Source of the DNA: Synechococcus sp. A15-28
GTDB taxonomy: Bacteria; Cyanobacteriota; Cyanobacteriia; PCC-6307; Cyanobiaceae
Reading direction: 5' to 3'
Length of the DNA stretch: 32,000 nucleotides
Assembly: GCF_014280175.1 (NCBI RefSeq)
Contig: NZ_CP047931.1
Span: 840,001-872,000 of the forward strand
Positions 9,234 to 19,419 of the stretch are shown piece by piece. Made by a program: the position numbers and the translations under genes. The first letter of the stretch is position 1; every line of letters begins with the position of its first letter. Below the pieces are notes generated by a model. It was not told the DNA's origin. It did not search any database and was given only the letters and a program-made list of their open reading frames with translations.

Positions 9234-11771
9234 ATGTTCGAACGTTTTACTGAGAAGGCCATCAAGGTGATCATGCTGGCCCAGGAAGAGGCTCGCAGGC
9301 TCGGTCACAACTTCGTTGGCACGGAGCAGATTCTTCTGGGTCTGATCGGAGAAGGCACTGGCGTCGCCGCCAAGGTTCTGAAGTCAATGGGTGTCAACCT
9401 CAAGGACGCCCGGGTTGAAGTGGAGAAGATCATCGGCCGTGGATCCGGCTTTGTGGCGGTCGAAATCCCCTTCACCCCACGAGCCAAGCGTGTGCTTGAG
9501 CTCTCTCTTGAGGAGGCTCGTCAGCTGGGGCACAACTACATCGGTACCGAGCATCTGCTGCTGGGTCTGATCCGGGAAGGTGAAGGTGTGGCCGCCCGCG
9601 TGCTCGAGAACCTGGGGGTTGATCTGGCCAAGGTCCGAACCCAGGTGATTCGCATGCTGGGTGAAACCGCTGAAGTCTCCGGCGGCGGCGGCGGTGGTGC
9701 GAAGGGTTCCACCAAAACGCCAACCCTTGATGAGTTCGGCAGCAACCTGACTCAGATGGCCACCGAAGCCAAGCTGGATCCGGTGGTCGGCCGTCACAAC
9801 GAGATTGATCGGGTCATCCAGATCCTGGGCCGCCGCACCAAGAACAACCCAGTGCTGATCGGCGAGCCTGGGGTGGGCAAAACGGCCATCGCTGAAGGCC
9901 TCGCGCAGCGCATTCAGCAGGGTGAAATTCCCGACATCCTTGAGGACAAGCGCGTTCTGACCCTTGACATCGGTCTCCTGGTCGCCGGTACCAAGTACCG
10001 CGGTGAGTTTGAGGAGCGACTCAAGAAAATCATGGAGGAGATCAAGTCCGCCGGGAACGTGATCCTGGTGATCGACGAGGTCCACACCCTCATCGGCGCT
10101 GGTGCTGCCGAAGGTGCCATTGATGCGGCCAACATCCTCAAGCCAGCTCTCGCCAGGGGTGAGTTGCAGTGCATCGGAGCCACCACTCTCGATGAATACC
10201 GCAAGCACATCGAACGAGACGCTGCTCTGGAACGTCGTTTTCAGCCCGTCACCGTTGGCGAGCCTTCCATCGATGACACCATCGAAATTCTGCGGGGCCT
10301 GCGCGAGCGCTATGAGCAGCACCATCGTCTCAAGATCACCGACGACGCCCTCATCGCAGCAGCAACCCTTGGCGATCGGTACATCTCCGACCGTTTCCTT
10401 CCCGACAAGGCCATTGACCTGATCGATGAGGCGGGTTCACGGGTGCGTCTGCTCAACTCCAAGCTTCCCCCCGAAGCCAAGGAGGTGGATAAGGAATTGC
10501 GCACCGTTCAGAAACAGAAAGAGGACGCTGTCCGCGACCAGGACTTCACCAAGGCCGGTGAACTGCGTGAAAAGGAGGTTGAGCTCCGCGATCAGATCCG
10601 TGCCCTGCTTCAGGCCAACCGCGGTGATGCGCCCACCGAAGCTCAGCCTGAAGCGGAAACCGCAGATGCAGCGCTATCAGACTCCGCGGAGTCGTCGCCG
10701 ATGGTGAACGAAGAGGACATCGCTCAGATTGTTGCCTCCTGGACCGGTGTTCCTGTTCAGAAACTCACCGAAAGCGAATCGGTCAAGCTCCTAAACATGG
10801 AGGAGACGCTTCATCAACGTCTGATCGGTCAGGACGAAGCGGTCAAAGCGGTGTCCAAGGCCATCCGCCGGGCTCGTGTCGGCCTGAAGAACCCCAATCG
10901 ACCCATTGCCAGCTTCATCTTCTCCGGTCCCACCGGCGTCGGTAAGACCGAGTTGACCAAGGCTCTAGCGACCTATTTCTTCGGCAGTGAGGAGGCGATG
11001 ATCCGCCTCGACATGTCGGAGTTCATGGAGCGCCACACGGTCAGCAAGCTGATCGGTTCTCCTCCGGGTTATGTCGGCTTCAACGAAGGAGGTCAGCTCA
11101 CCGAGGCTGTTCGCCGTCGTCCTTACACCGTGGTGCTCTTCGATGAAATCGAGAAGGCGCATCCCGATGTGTTCAACTTGCTGCTGCAGCTTCTGGAAGA
11201 TGGTCGTTTGACTGACTCCAAGGGCCGCACGGTCGACTTCAAGAACACCTTGGTGATCATGACCTCGAACATTGGTTCGAAAGTGATCGAGAAGGGTGGC
11301 GGTGGCCTCGGTTTCGAGTTCTCCGGTGAAAGTGCGGAGGAGTCGCAGTACACCCGGATCCGCTCTCTCGTGAACGAGGAGTTGAAGCAGTACTTCCGGC
11401 CTGAATTCCTCAACCGACTCGACGAAATCATCGTCTTCCGTCAGCTCAGTCGCGACGAGGTGAAGGAGATTGCCGAGATCATGTTGAAGGAGGTGTTCGG
11501 CCGGATGGGCGAGAAAGGCATCACCCTCACCGTTTCCGATGCGTTCAAGGAGCGCCTTGTGGAGGAGGGTTACAACCCGGCCTACGGAGCTCGTCCCCTG
11601 CGTCGCGCCGTGATGCGGTTGCTGGAGGACTCTCTGGCTGAGGAGGTGCTTTCCGGTCGGATCAAGGACGGGGATCATGCTGAGGTGGATGTCGATGACG
11701 ACAAGAAGGTCGTCGTTCGCCACAAGGGCCTGGCTGAGACCTCTCCCCAGCTGGCAGGTGCAGCTGTCTGA
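9234..11771 (+). CDS. clpC: ATP-dependent Clp protease ATP-binding subunit ClpC
   Basis: Two Clp_N repeats, Walker A motifs GEPGVGKT and GPTGVGKT, a UVR-like middle domain ([11 protein letters not shown]) and a C-terminal D2-small domain. 845 aa. Confidence 0.97.
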   Translation: MFERFTEKAIKVIMLAQEEARRLGHNFVGTEQILLGLIGEGTGVAAKVLKSMGVNLKDARVEVEKIIGRGSGFVAVEIPFTPRAKRVLELSLEEARQLGHNYIGTEHLLLGLIREGEGVAARVLENLGVDLAKVRTQVIRMLGETAEVSGGGGGGAKGSTKTPTLDEFGSNLTQMATEAKLDPVVGRHNEIDRVIQILGRRTKNNPVLIGEPGVGKTAIAEGLAQRIQQGEIPDILEDKRVLTLDIGLLVAGTKYRGEFEERLKKIMEEIKSAGNVILVIDEVHTLIGAGAAEGAIDAANILKPALARGELQCIGATTLDEYRKHIERDAALERRFQPVTVGEPSIDDTIEILRGLRERYEQHHRLKITDDALIAAATLGDRYISDRFLPDKAIDLIDEAGSRVRLLNSKLPPEAKEVDKELRTVQKQKEDAVRDQDFTKAGELREKEVELRDQIRALLQANRGDAPTEAQPEAETADAALSDSAESSPMVNEEDIAQIVASWTGVPVQKLTESESVKLLNMEETLHQRLIGQDEAVKAVSKAIRRARVGLKNPNRPIASFIFSGPTGVGKTELTKALATYFFGSEEAMIRLDMSEFMERHTVSKLIGSPPGYVGFNEGGQLTEAVRRRPYTVVLFDEIEKAHPDVFNLLLQLLEDGRLTDSKGRTVDFKNTLVIMTSNIGSKVIEKGGGGLGFEFSGESAEESQYTRIRSLVNEELKQYFRPEFLNRLDEIIVFRQLSRDEVKEIAEIMLKEVFGRMGEKGITLTVSDAFKERLVEEGYNPAYGARPLRRAVMRLLEDSLAEEVLSGRIKDGDHAEVDVDDDKKVVVRHKGLAETSPQLAGAAV

Positions 11772-12871
11772 TGGTTCTGTCCATCTCCTCCCACGCCATC
11801 GCCCCTGCGGCGGTGTTGCGGGGGGAGGGTGCCTGGCAGGGGGCGTTGTCGAATATCAGTGCCCTTTGCTTCCGCCCTCTCCTGCTGGGTCGAAGCCGCG
11901 CCACATTCAGTCTCAGGGACGCTCTTGCCAGCGATCTCGTCGGGGCGGGCCTTGCCCCCCAACGGGCCGAGCTTCAGTTCGATTGCTGCGAAGACGACCT
12001 TCAGCGGCTCATGCACGAAGCCTCCGACTGTGATGCCGTCGTGGCTGCCGGTGGAGGCAAGGTTCTGGATGCCGGCAAGCTGCTGGCCCACCGGCTTGGG
12101 CTGCCATGCATCACCGTGCCCCTTAGTGCTGCCACCTGCGCAGGTTGGACGGCGCTCTCCAATGTGTATTCCACCCAAGGTGCCTTCCAGGGCGATGTGG
12201 CCTTGGAGCGCTGTCCTGAGTTGCTGGTGTTTGACCATAGCCTTGTTCGCCAGGCTCCCACTCGAACCCTGGCCAGCGGCATCGCCGATGCCCTGGCGAA
12301 GTGGTATGAGGCGTCGGTCAGCAGCAGCGACAGCAGTGATGGATTGGTGCAGCAGGCCGTGCAGATGGCCCGCGTGCTTCGGGATCAGTTGCTGATTGAT
12401 GGGCCTCTGGCCCTTCAGGATCCCAACAGTGCGGCCTGGGCCCGTACGGCAGAAGCCTGCGCCCTCACCGCCGGTGTGATGGGTGGATTGGGGGGTGCCC
12501 GTTGCCGCACCGTGGCGGCCCACGCCGTTCACAACGGCCTCACCCAGTTGCAGGCCTGCCACCACGTCCTTCATGGCGAGAAGGTCGGCTTCGGAATCCT
12601 GGTGCAGCTCCGCCTGGAAGAACGCCTTGGTGGCAACCGCCTGGCGGGGCAGGCGCACCGTCAGCTGCTGCCGCTGATGCGGCAGTTGCAGCTTCCCGTG
12701 AGCCTGGATGATCTCGGTTTGTCCGCCGCCAGCCTCAGTGACCTGCGGGAGGTGTGTGCTTTCGCCTGCCGCGAAGGTTCCGACCTGCACCACCTCCCGT
12801 TCGCCGTTACCCCTGGAGCGTTGCTGGAGGCGCTGGTGGGGGCCGCTGAACCCATCCCCGCTGTGCCTTGA
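11771..12871 (+). CDS. Iron-containing alcohol dehydrogenase family protein, glycerol-dehydrogenase-like
   Basis: NAD motif AAGGGKVLDAGK. Metal-ligand regions SGIADALAKWYE and AHAVHNG...LHGEKVGFG. The ATG shares one nucleotide with the clpC stop (TGATG). Confidence 0.8.
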   Translation: MVLSISSHAIAPAAVLRGEGAWQGALSNISALCFRPLLLGRSRATFSLRDALASDLVGAGLAPQRAELQFDCCEDDLQRLMHEASDCDAVVAAGGGKVLDAGKLLAHRLGLPCITVPLSAATCAGWTALSNVYSTQGAFQGDVALERCPELLVFDHSLVRQAPTRTLASGIADALAKWYEASVSSSDSSDGLVQQAVQMARVLRDQLLIDGPLALQDPNSAAWARTAEACALTAGVMGGLGGARCRTVAAHAVHNGLTQLQACHHVLHGEKVGFGILVQLRLEERLGGNRLAGQAHRQLLPLMRQLQLPVSLDDLGLSAASLSDLREVCAFACREGSDLHHLPFAVTPGALLEALVGAAEPIPAVP

Positions 12872-13731
12872 AGTCTCTGCTGGATGGTCTTGTTCCAGGG
12901 TTGCTGGACCCTCAGGCCAGGGCTCTGGCACTGGAGGTGGAATGGTGGCCGTTGCCGGATCTTGATGTTGATCAACCCTTCCCGGTCGCTGTTGTCGGAG
13001 AGGGCCCTCCCCTGTTGATGCTGCATGGATTTGACAGCAGCTTTCTGGAATATCGCCGCCTGGTGCCATTGCTCGCCGAGCGCTTCCAGCTGGTGATCCC
13101 TGATCTGTTCGGCTTCGGCTTTTCTCCGCGTCCGCCCCAGGCGTCCTACGGCCCTGAAGCCGTGTTGCGACATCTCGACGCTCTGCTGGCGCATTTGGAA
13201 GCGGATGGTCCGATCGATGCGATCGGAGCCTCCATGGGGGGAGCCGTTGCGGTGGAGCTGGCCCGACGCCAGCCCGAGAGGATCAAGGCGCTGTTGCTGT
13301 TGGCGCCTGCTGGCCTGACGGGGCGTCCCATGCCGGTTCCGCCTCTGCTGGATCGGCTCGGGGCCTGGTTTCTGTCCCGGCCTGGGGTGCGTCGCGGTCT
13401 GTGTCGTCAGGCGTTTGCGGATCCCGATGGTCAGGTGGGTCCACCGGAGGAGCAGATCGCATCGCTGCATCTCCAATGCCCGGGTTGGGCCGAAGCACTG
13501 GCTGCCTTTGCCCGCAGTGGTGGTTTCGCCGGATGCGGCGTGCCGTTGCCACCCCAGCCCTTGCATGTGATCTGGGGCGCTGACGACCGGATCCTGCGGG
13601 CACCGCTCAAGCGGGACGCTCAAACGTTGCTGCAGAACCCGGCGGAGACGTTTGAGGCCTGCGGCCATCTTCCCCATATCGATCAGCCTCAGCGGGTTGC
13701 TGACCGCTGCCTGGAACTGCTGGGTCGATGA
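12868..13731 (+). CDS. Alpha/beta-fold hydrolase
   Basis: Oxyanion LLMLHGFDSS, nucleophile elbow GASMGG and C-terminal His CGHLPHID. The putative TTG start overlaps the upstream stop (TTGA), so the exact start is uncertain. Confidence 0.8.
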   Translation: MKSLLDGLVPGLLDPQARALALEVEWWPLPDLDVDQPFPVAVVGEGPPLLMLHGFDSSFLEYRRLVPLLAERFQLVIPDLFGFGFSPRPPQASYGPEAVLRHLDALLAHLEADGPIDAIGASMGGAVAVELARRQPERIKALLLLAPAGLTGRPMPVPPLLDRLGAWFLSRPGVRRGLCRQAFADPDGQVGPPEEQIASLHLQCPGWAEALAAFARSGGFAGCGVPLPPQPLHVIWGADDRILRAPLKRDAQTLLQNPAETFEACGHLPHIDQPQRVADRCLELLGR

Positions 13732-14351
13732 GCGATCCCCTGCTTCAGCTGATTTCCACTGGTCTGCGGCTCTGGATCCGAAGTCGCTGCGACCAGGTGG
13801 GGGATCTGGACCTCACGCTGCAAGGGTCGTCCCTGGGTCTGATGCGGGGCCGGCTGCAGGGGGCGGTTCTGTCAGCACGGGATGTGCGCTTCGAAGGGTT
13901 GCCGCTGCAGCATGCCGAGATCAGCAGTGGACCGATTCAGGTGGATCTCACCTGGCTGCGTCCAGGCCGGATGCTGGCCCTGAAGGAGCCGTTCCAGGTG
14001 AGCGGCACGGTGTCGATGCCCGGTCAGCCCCTCGGCGATGCCCTGCTGTCGGAGCGTTGGCGTGAACTTGGGGATTGGCTTGCAGAGCAACTGATGGGTC
14101 TGAAGCCCCTGGGGCAACTGCGGATCGAAAACGATGAACTGGTGTTGAAGGCATCGGTTGCAGCGCAGCGGGACCCGATCCGCAAATGCTTTCGTCTGCG
14201 AGCCGAAGGGGGCACTGTGGTGCTGTCGGCCTCAGATTCCCCTAAGACCCGGGCGGTGTTGCCGATGGATCCTGCGATCAAGATCACCGATGCGAACTTG
14301 GGGGCAGGATTGTTGAACCTGAAGGGGCACGCAATCGTAACTCCGGAGTAA
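13728..14351 (+). CDS. Conserved hypothetical protein, DUF2993/LmeA-like (family assignment tentative)
   Basis: 207-aa ORF with G/C-rich third positions. Its ATG overlaps the upstream stop (ATGA). The N-terminal pattern (repeated 'L.G.L..V.L.A..V.F.GL') resembles DUF2993; this is from memory, not from a search. Confidence 0.6.
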   Translation: MSDPLLQLISTGLRLWIRSRCDQVGDLDLTLQGSSLGLMRGRLQGAVLSARDVRFEGLPLQHAEISSGPIQVDLTWLRPGRMLALKEPFQVSGTVSMPGQPLGDALLSERWRELGDWLAEQLMGLKPLGQLRIENDELVLKASVAAQRDPIRKCFRLRAEGGTVVLSASDSPKTRAVLPMDPAIKITDANLGAGLLNLKGHAIVTPE

Positions 14352-14372
14352 CGATATATTTTCTGAATCGTG

Positions 14373-15248
14373 CTAGCCGACGTTGATCAGCGGTTGGGCA
14401 AGGGTCAGTAGTGCGAACAGGACGGCCGGGGTCAGCAGATAGCTGTCAATGCGATCCAGGATCCCGCCATGGCCAGGCAGCACGTCTCCGGAGTCCTTCA
14501 GTCCGGCATCGCGTTTCATCATCGATTCGGTGAGATCTCCCACCAGGGCGATCAGGGCCACCACTGCGCCGACGCCCACCCCTGGCAATCCCCAGAGTGG
14601 CCATCCCATCACCCGCGCGCAGATCAGGCCGACGGCCATGGCGCATCCGAAGCCTCCGAGAGCGCCTTCCACTGTTTTCGAGGGTGAGATCGGTGACAGG
14701 GGAGTGCGGCCGTAACGCTTGCCGAACGCCCATGAACCGATGTCGCTGGCCACGATCATCAGGCAGCTCGACAGGGTGATGGCCAGCCCGCTGCTGCACA
14801 GTGCGGCTGTTCCAGGAGCCAGGGCTGGATCGGAAAGGTTGCGCAGGGCCAGCCAATGGCTGGGCAGAAAACCCAGATAGAACAACCCGAAGATCGAGGC
14901 GGCAATGTCGGCGATCGATCCGGTCACCGGCTGCAGCAGCAGCCAGGCGCAGATCGCGGTGCCCGCCAGGGGCAGCACGGCAGCCGACAGCGCTTCTGGC
15001 CAGCCGCTCTGAACAGCCGCCCACTGGGTGGTGATCAGCAGAAGCTGGCAGGCCACCAGGGTTGTCTTGGTGGCAGGGCGGATCCCTTTGAACTGAGCCA
15101 TGCGGAAGAACTCCAGCAGGCCCAGATGCACGATCACACCGACCCCGAGCGTGAGCCACCAGCCCCCCAGCAGAACCACCAAGGCTCCGAAGCCGCCGAT
15201 GGCCAAGCCACTGCGAAGACGCTTGCGCAGGCTCTGGGCGGCACGCAT
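14373..15248 (-). CDS. cdsA: Phosphatidate cytidylyltransferase (CDP-diglyceride synthase)
   Basis: Polytopic membrane protein with the signature SMMKRDAGLKDSGDVLPGHGGILDRIDS. ATG 15248 is preferred; an in-frame GTG at 15284 is the alternative. Confidence 0.9.
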   Translation of the reverse strand: MRAAQSLRKRLRSGLAIGGFGALVVLLGGWWLTLGVGVIVHLGLLEFFRMAQFKGIRPATKTTLVACQLLLITTQWAAVQSGWPEALSAAVLPLAGTAICAWLLLQPVTGSIADIAASIFGLFYLGFLPSHWLALRNLSDPALAPGTAALCSSGLAITLSSCLMIVASDIGSWAFGKRYGRTPLSPISPSKTVEGALGGFGCAMAVGLICARVMGWPLWGLPGVGVGAVVALIALVGDLTESMMKRDAGLKDSGDVLPGHGGILDRIDSYLLTPAVLFALLTLAQPLINVG

Positions 15249-15324
15249 TGACGGAATGGAAGGGGACAAGACCTCTCTGATCACACTGGCTGGAGGACCT
15301 GCGGAATCAGGCTAAACAATGGCC

Positions 15325-15750
15325 TCAGGGAAGGATCTCCAGACGCACGGAGATCTCGCCGGCTCGCATCATCCGCAGCTCACTGGCCGCCCCATGGGCC
15401 AGGTCGATCACCCTGTGATACCGAAACGGTCCACGGTCATTGATCCGCACCACGACGCTGCGGCCGTTGTCGAGATTGGTGACCCGCACCCGGGTCCCGA
15501 AGGGGAGGGTCCGATGAGCTGCGGTGAAGGTGCCCTTGCGCAACCGCTCACCACTTGCGGTCTGGCGACCGTAAAAGCCAGGCCCATACCAACTGGCAGC
15601 ACCGTTGACCACCCGCAGCAACCGCGGCGTCGCCGCTGGTCTTGGGACCCTTAAGGGCTCAACGGCGTCTTCGACCTGAAACTCCTCAGCGCTGGGACTG
15701 CTCCAGGCTGGAGCAGGAGTGAGCAACAGGATCAGGGCCAGGAGGGGCAT
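15325..15750 (-). CDS. rlpA: RlpA-family septal ring lytic transglycosylase (DPBB domain), secreted
   Basis: Signal peptide MPLLALILLLTPAPAWS, then ASWYGPGFYGRQTASGE...AAHRTLPFGTRVRVTNLDNGRSVVVRINDRGPF. ATG 15750 lies just downstream of the stop of the upstream gene (15774). The ORF-track start at 15981 overlaps that gene and is rejected. Confidence 0.85.
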   Translation of the reverse strand: MPLLALILLLTPAPAWSSPSAEEFQVEDAVEPLRVPRPAATPRLLRVVNGAASWYGPGFYGRQTASGERLRKGTFTAAHRTLPFGTRVRVTNLDNGRSVVVRINDRGPFRYHRVIDLAHGAASELRMMRAGEISVRLEILP

Positions 15751-15773
15751 GCCAAGGCCATGGCTGATCCGAT

Positions 15774-17180
15774 TCAAGCGACCTTGGCCAGGACGGCAAG
15801 ACTGCCTGGAATCTGATCCCCCCAGAGCTTGCGTTGCTCCAGCAACCAGCGCAGCCGAGCCCCATCGAGCCGCTCCCCTGGCACCAGCAGTGGAATACCA
15901 GGGGGGTAGGGACAGAGCAGATCCGCTGCAATGGTGTTTTCCGCCTGCTCCAGCAGGCAGAGGCGATGGGGTGCCCGCCATGCTTCGGCGACAGCGATTT
16001 CCGGTTGCGCCACCAGCGGCAGGGGTGATGGCGACAGGGGCGGTTGAGGTCTGCGGCCTGGATGAGCCTTCAGCAGCTGCTGCCAGGCACGGCGCAATGG
16101 CCGGCGCAGTCCTCGCTGGTCGCCAAGCCCGAGGCAGAAGGTGAGTGTCGCGGGCTCCGGCAGTTCCGCCACCAGTCCCCTAGGCAGAAGCCAGTCGTCG
16201 GCATCGAGACCGTTGATGCCGGCCTGCCCCGTTTGCAGCACCAGCCGAAGCGGGTCTTCCGTTGTCAGCAAGGGCAGCCCATCGCGGCGCAGCTGGTCCC
16301 GCAGGGTCCGGGCCTGGATCAGGCGCTGACCCAGCTGTCGGCGTCCCGCCGGGCCGTGCCAGTGCAACAGCGCCGCTTCACAGGAGGCCAGCAGCAGAGC
16401 GCTGGGGCTGGTGGTCTGCAGCCAGCCCAGGCTGCGCTCCAGCGCAGTTGTGTCCACACGCTCCCCCTGCTGCCAGAGCACGGCGGTCTGCGCCAATCCC
16501 GTCGCTGATTTCTGCAGGGAATGCACCACCAGATCCGCCCCTCCCCGCAGGGCACTCGGCGGCAGCTCCGGATCCACCTCTGCAGCGAAATGGCTGCCGT
16601 GGGCCTCATCCACCAGCACGGGCCAGCCCTTTTGCTGCAGGCGCTGAATCAGCGGTGCGGGGTCCAGCCCATAGCCCTGATAGGTGGGATGCACCAGCAC
16701 AGCCGCACTGATCGGCGGATGCTCGGCAGGAAGGGCCGCAAGGACCCTCTCGATCCAGGCTGCATCGGCCGGAGCAGGGTGACCGCGGTCGTGCAGGTGG
16801 GGCAGATCGAACAGAAGGGGCGTCAGCTGTCCGAGCAGGCAGGCCTGAATCAGGCTGCGGTGGGCGTTGCGAGGCATCAACACCGCCTCCCCTGGGCGGC
16901 TGATGCCCAACAGGGCCGCCTGCAACAGCCCCGTGGCGCCGTTGACGCCGTACCAGCAGCGGTTGACCCCCATCGCATCCGCCGCGGAACGCTGGCTGTC
17001 GGCCACAGCTCCTTCGCTCTCCAGCGGGCCTCCCAGCGCCGGTAGTTCCGGCAGATCCCACAGACCCGCCCGACGCTGCAGCAACCGCCGCATCGCCGGC
17101 GGCAGGGCAGCGCCGCGCCCATGGGCGGGAAGAAACAGGGGCCGACCGACGTCTCGATGCAGCAGAGGCAGCAGGGCCAT
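15774..17180 (-). CDS. Orn/Lys/Arg decarboxylase family (major-domain, PLP-dependent) protein
   Basis: 468 aa. Contains FLPAHGRGAALP, VNGATGLLQAALL and a candidate PLP-lysine motif HSLQKS. Substrate is not assignable from sequence alone. Confidence 0.8.
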   Translation of the reverse strand: MALLPLLHRDVGRPLFLPAHGRGAALPPAMRRLLQRRAGLWDLPELPALGGPLESEGAVADSQRSAADAMGVNRCWYGVNGATGLLQAALLGISRPGEAVLMPRNAHRSLIQACLLGQLTPLLFDLPHLHDRGHPAPADAAWIERVLAALPAEHPPISAAVLVHPTYQGYGLDPAPLIQRLQQKGWPVLVDEAHGSHFAAEVDPELPPSALRGGADLVVHSLQKSATGLAQTAVLWQQGERVDTTALERSLGWLQTTSPSALLLASCEAALLHWHGPAGRRQLGQRLIQARTLRDQLRRDGLPLLTTEDPLRLVLQTGQAGINGLDADDWLLPRGLVAELPEPATLTFCLGLGDQRGLRRPLRRAWQQLLKAHPGRRPQPPLSPSPLPLVAQPEIAVAEAWRAPHRLCLLEQAENTIAADLLCPYPPGIPLLVPGERLDGARLRWLLEQRKLWGDQIPGSLAVLAKVA

Positions 17181-17209
17181 GGGATCCAGTGGGATCTCCT
17201 TAGAGTCTG

Positions 17210-18880
17210 ATGCTGTTCAAGGCAGTGGCGATGCGATACGACCCCAGCCGCGATCTGCGCTGGTTGCTGCTGCGTCCGTGGATTGCCATTCCTCGGCTGA
17301 TTCAGGTGTTGTGGTCCCTTGGGGGCCTTGTGTTGGTGCTGCTGCTGCAGGGCGGCAGTTCGGAATCAGGGGTGCAGCAAACGTTGGCCCGTCGCATCCT
17401 CAACACCCTCACCGGGCTGGGTCCCTGTTTCATCAAGGTGGGTCAGGCCCTGTCCACCCGTCCTGATCTCGTGCGCCGGGACTGGCTGGATGAACTGACC
17501 CGCCTGCAGGACGACCTTCCCGCCTTTCCCCATGCCTTGGCCCTGGAGCGGATTGAGCAGGAGCTCGGTGCCCCGGCCCATGAGTTGTTTGCTGAGTTTC
17601 CCGACGCTCCGATCGCGGCCGCCAGCCTTGGACAGGTCTACAAGGCACGCCTGGAGGGGAATGCCTGGGTTGCCGTCAAGGTCCAACGCCCCAACCTCAC
17701 CTTCATCCTGCGCCGGGACCTGGTGCTGATCCGTCTGCTCGGTGTGCTCACCGCACCCCTGCTGCCGCTCAATCTCGGCTTCGGTCTCGGGGGCATCATC
17801 GATGAGTTCGGTCGCAGCCTGTTCGAGGAAATCGACTACGTCCAGGAGGCTGACAACGCTGAACGCTTCGCCAGCCTCTTTGCCGAGAACGACACGGTTT
17901 ACGTTCCACGGGTGGAGCGGATGCTCAGTTCCACCCGGGTGCTGACCACCACCTGGATCGACGGCGCCAAGATGCGCGATAGCGAGGAACTGCAGGCGCT
18001 CAGACTCGATCCGGCAGCACTGATCCGCACCGGGGTGATTTGCGGCCTGCAGCAATTGCTGGAGTTCGGCTATTTCCACGCCGATCCTCATCCCGGCAAC
18101 CTCTTCGCTCTGCAGGGCCGCAGCGGCGACCTGGGCCATGTCGGCTACGTGGACTTCGGGATGATGGATTCGATCAGCGACAGCGATCGGCTGACGCTCA
18201 CCGGTGCCGTCGTTCATCTGATCAACCGCGACTTCGTTGGCCTGGCTGAGGATTTTCAGAACCTCGGCTTCCTCAGCCCCACTTCAGATCTCACGCCGAT
18301 CGTGCCGGCCCTGGAGGAGGTGCTTGGCGGCAGCCTTGGCGATTCCGTTGGCTCGTTCAATTTCAAGGCGATCACCGACCGCTTTTCAGAGTTGATGTTC
18401 GACTACCCCTTCCGGGTGCCGGCACGCTTCGCTCTGATCATCCGGGCGGTGGTCAGTCAGGAGGGGCTGGCCCTGCGCCTCGATCCAAATTTCCGCATCA
18501 TCGCCGTGGCCTACCCCTATGTGGCCCGTCGCCTGCTGGCGGGCGACACCAGTGAGATGCGCGAGAAGCTGCTGGAGGTGATCTTTGATGCGGATGGACG
18601 TCTCTGCCTGGATCGATTGGAAAACCTCCTCGCGGTGGTCGGCCAGGACGCTCCGGCTCCTGGTAAGGAACTGCTCCCGGTGGCCGGGGCCGGCATGCGC
18701 CTGTTGCTGAGCCGGGATGGTGCTGATCTGCGCAAGCGTCTTTTGCTCACCTTGATCCGCGACGACCGGTTGCACATCGACGACGTTCGTGCGCTGATGG
18801 GACTGCTGGCCCGTACATTCGGCCCTGGGCGGATCGCGGGTGGTCTGTTGCAGCGACTCAATCCCCTCGCAGCCGCTTGA
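17210..18880 (+). CDS. ABC1/UbiB-family atypical kinase
   Basis: AAASLGQVYKARL, VAVKVQRP, FHADPHPGNL and DFGMM. A second in-frame ATG at 17231 (MRYDPSRD...) is an equally plausible start. Confidence 0.9.
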   Translation: MLFKAVAMRYDPSRDLRWLLLRPWIAIPRLIQVLWSLGGLVLVLLLQGGSSESGVQQTLARRILNTLTGLGPCFIKVGQALSTRPDLVRRDWLDELTRLQDDLPAFPHALALERIEQELGAPAHELFAEFPDAPIAAASLGQVYKARLEGNAWVAVKVQRPNLTFILRRDLVLIRLLGVLTAPLLPLNLGFGLGGIIDEFGRSLFEEIDYVQEADNAERFASLFAENDTVYVPRVERMLSSTRVLTTTWIDGAKMRDSEELQALRLDPAALIRTGVICGLQQLLEFGYFHADPHPGNLFALQGRSGDLGHVGYVDFGMMDSISDSDRLTLTGAVVHLINRDFVGLAEDFQNLGFLSPTSDLTPIVPALEEVLGGSLGDSVGSFNFKAITDRFSELMFDYPFRVPARFALIIRAVVSQEGLALRLDPNFRIIAVAYPYVARRLLAGDTSEMREKLLEVIFDADGRLCLDRLENLLAVVGQDAPAPGKELLPVAGAGMRLLLSRDGADLRKRLLLTLIRDDRLHIDDVRALMGLLARTFGPGRIAGGLLQRLNPLAAA

Positions 18881-18925
18881 TCAGTTGCCGCTAGGGTCAC
18901 CCCTCCAAATCTGTCTGAGGCGTCG

Positions 18926-19345
18926 ATGCCCGAGGAGATCACCGCGGAGCAGCTCGAGATGCTGCTGCAGCTGGCCGTGTTGCCCCAGCCTCCCTATCTG
19001 ATGGCCGGCGTTGGGCTGTTGATGGGTGTGCTTTGTGGTCTGACCTTTGGCCGCCAGGTGCAGGACAAGCTCGATGGCTGGAAGCAGGATCGTCTGCCGC
19101 TCCTTCCCCTGGCCACAGCGGAGATCAGCCTCAGCTTTACGGGGATCCTGATCGGGATCACCTTGTTCATCGGCTGCTGTCTGCAGATCTTCGGCTTCGC
19201 CGCGGGTGTGGCCCTGCTGGTGGCCCTGCTGCTGTCTCTGCTGACGGGTGGGGCACTGTTCGCTCAGCTGGAGCGGTTGATGCTGCAGGTGGAGAGCGGC
19301 AACTTCAAGGCCGTGGACTTCGACAACTTCGATGAATTCTTCTGA
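18926..19345 (+). CDS. Hypothetical integral membrane protein (about 3 TM helices, acidic C-terminus)
   Basis: 139-aa ORF with hydrophobic segments LMAGVGLLMGVLCGLTF, ISLSFTGILIGITLFIGCCLQIF and AAGVALLVALLLSLL. G/C-rich third positions. No family recognised. Confidence 0.6.
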   Translation: MPEEITAEQLEMLLQLAVLPQPPYLMAGVGLLMGVLCGLTFGRQVQDKLDGWKQDRLPLLPLATAEISLSFTGILIGITLFIGCCLQIFGFAAGVALLVALLLSLLTGGALFAQLERLMLQVESGNFKAVDFDNFDEFF

Positions 19346-19419
19346 TTCACCTTGTTGGTGAATGACTCGACCAATGCAGGCCTGAGGGCCAGACTGGAGG
19401 TGTCTCAACACCATCCGGC

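Noticed and set aside
9681-9698. GGC GGC GGC GGC GGT GGT trinucleotide run
   Set aside because: It lies in frame within clpC and encodes the poly-Gly linker ([10 protein letters not shown]) between the N-domain and D1. It is not an independent repeat element.
11675-13069. 464-aa minus-strand ORF antisense to the GldA-like and hydrolase genes. Similar long antisense ORFs occur at 12661-13677, 9384-10325, 21199-22017, 22011-22739, 23444-24232, 24229-25092, 30758-31687, 3132-3866, 1709-2395, 1797-2456, 14446-15159, 19549-20229, 10965-11723, 8538-9089 and 25518-26114.
   Set aside because: The translations are Arg/Pro/Gly/Ala-rich with no recognisable motifs, while the opposite strand encodes proteins with clear family signatures. 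These are typical stop-codon-poor shadow frames of high-GC DNA.
15751-15981. 77-aa N-terminal extension of rlpA
   Set aside because: It overlaps the 3' end of the decarboxylase-family gene. ATG 15750 starts directly at a canonical signal peptide.
19345-19363. Hairpin ATTCACC-TTGTT-GGTGAAT immediately after the stop of the 139-aa membrane protein gene; possible terminator
   Set aside because: It has only a 7-bp AT-containing stem and no downstream U-tract. The response regulator gene follows 57 bp later on the same strand, so read-through is likely.
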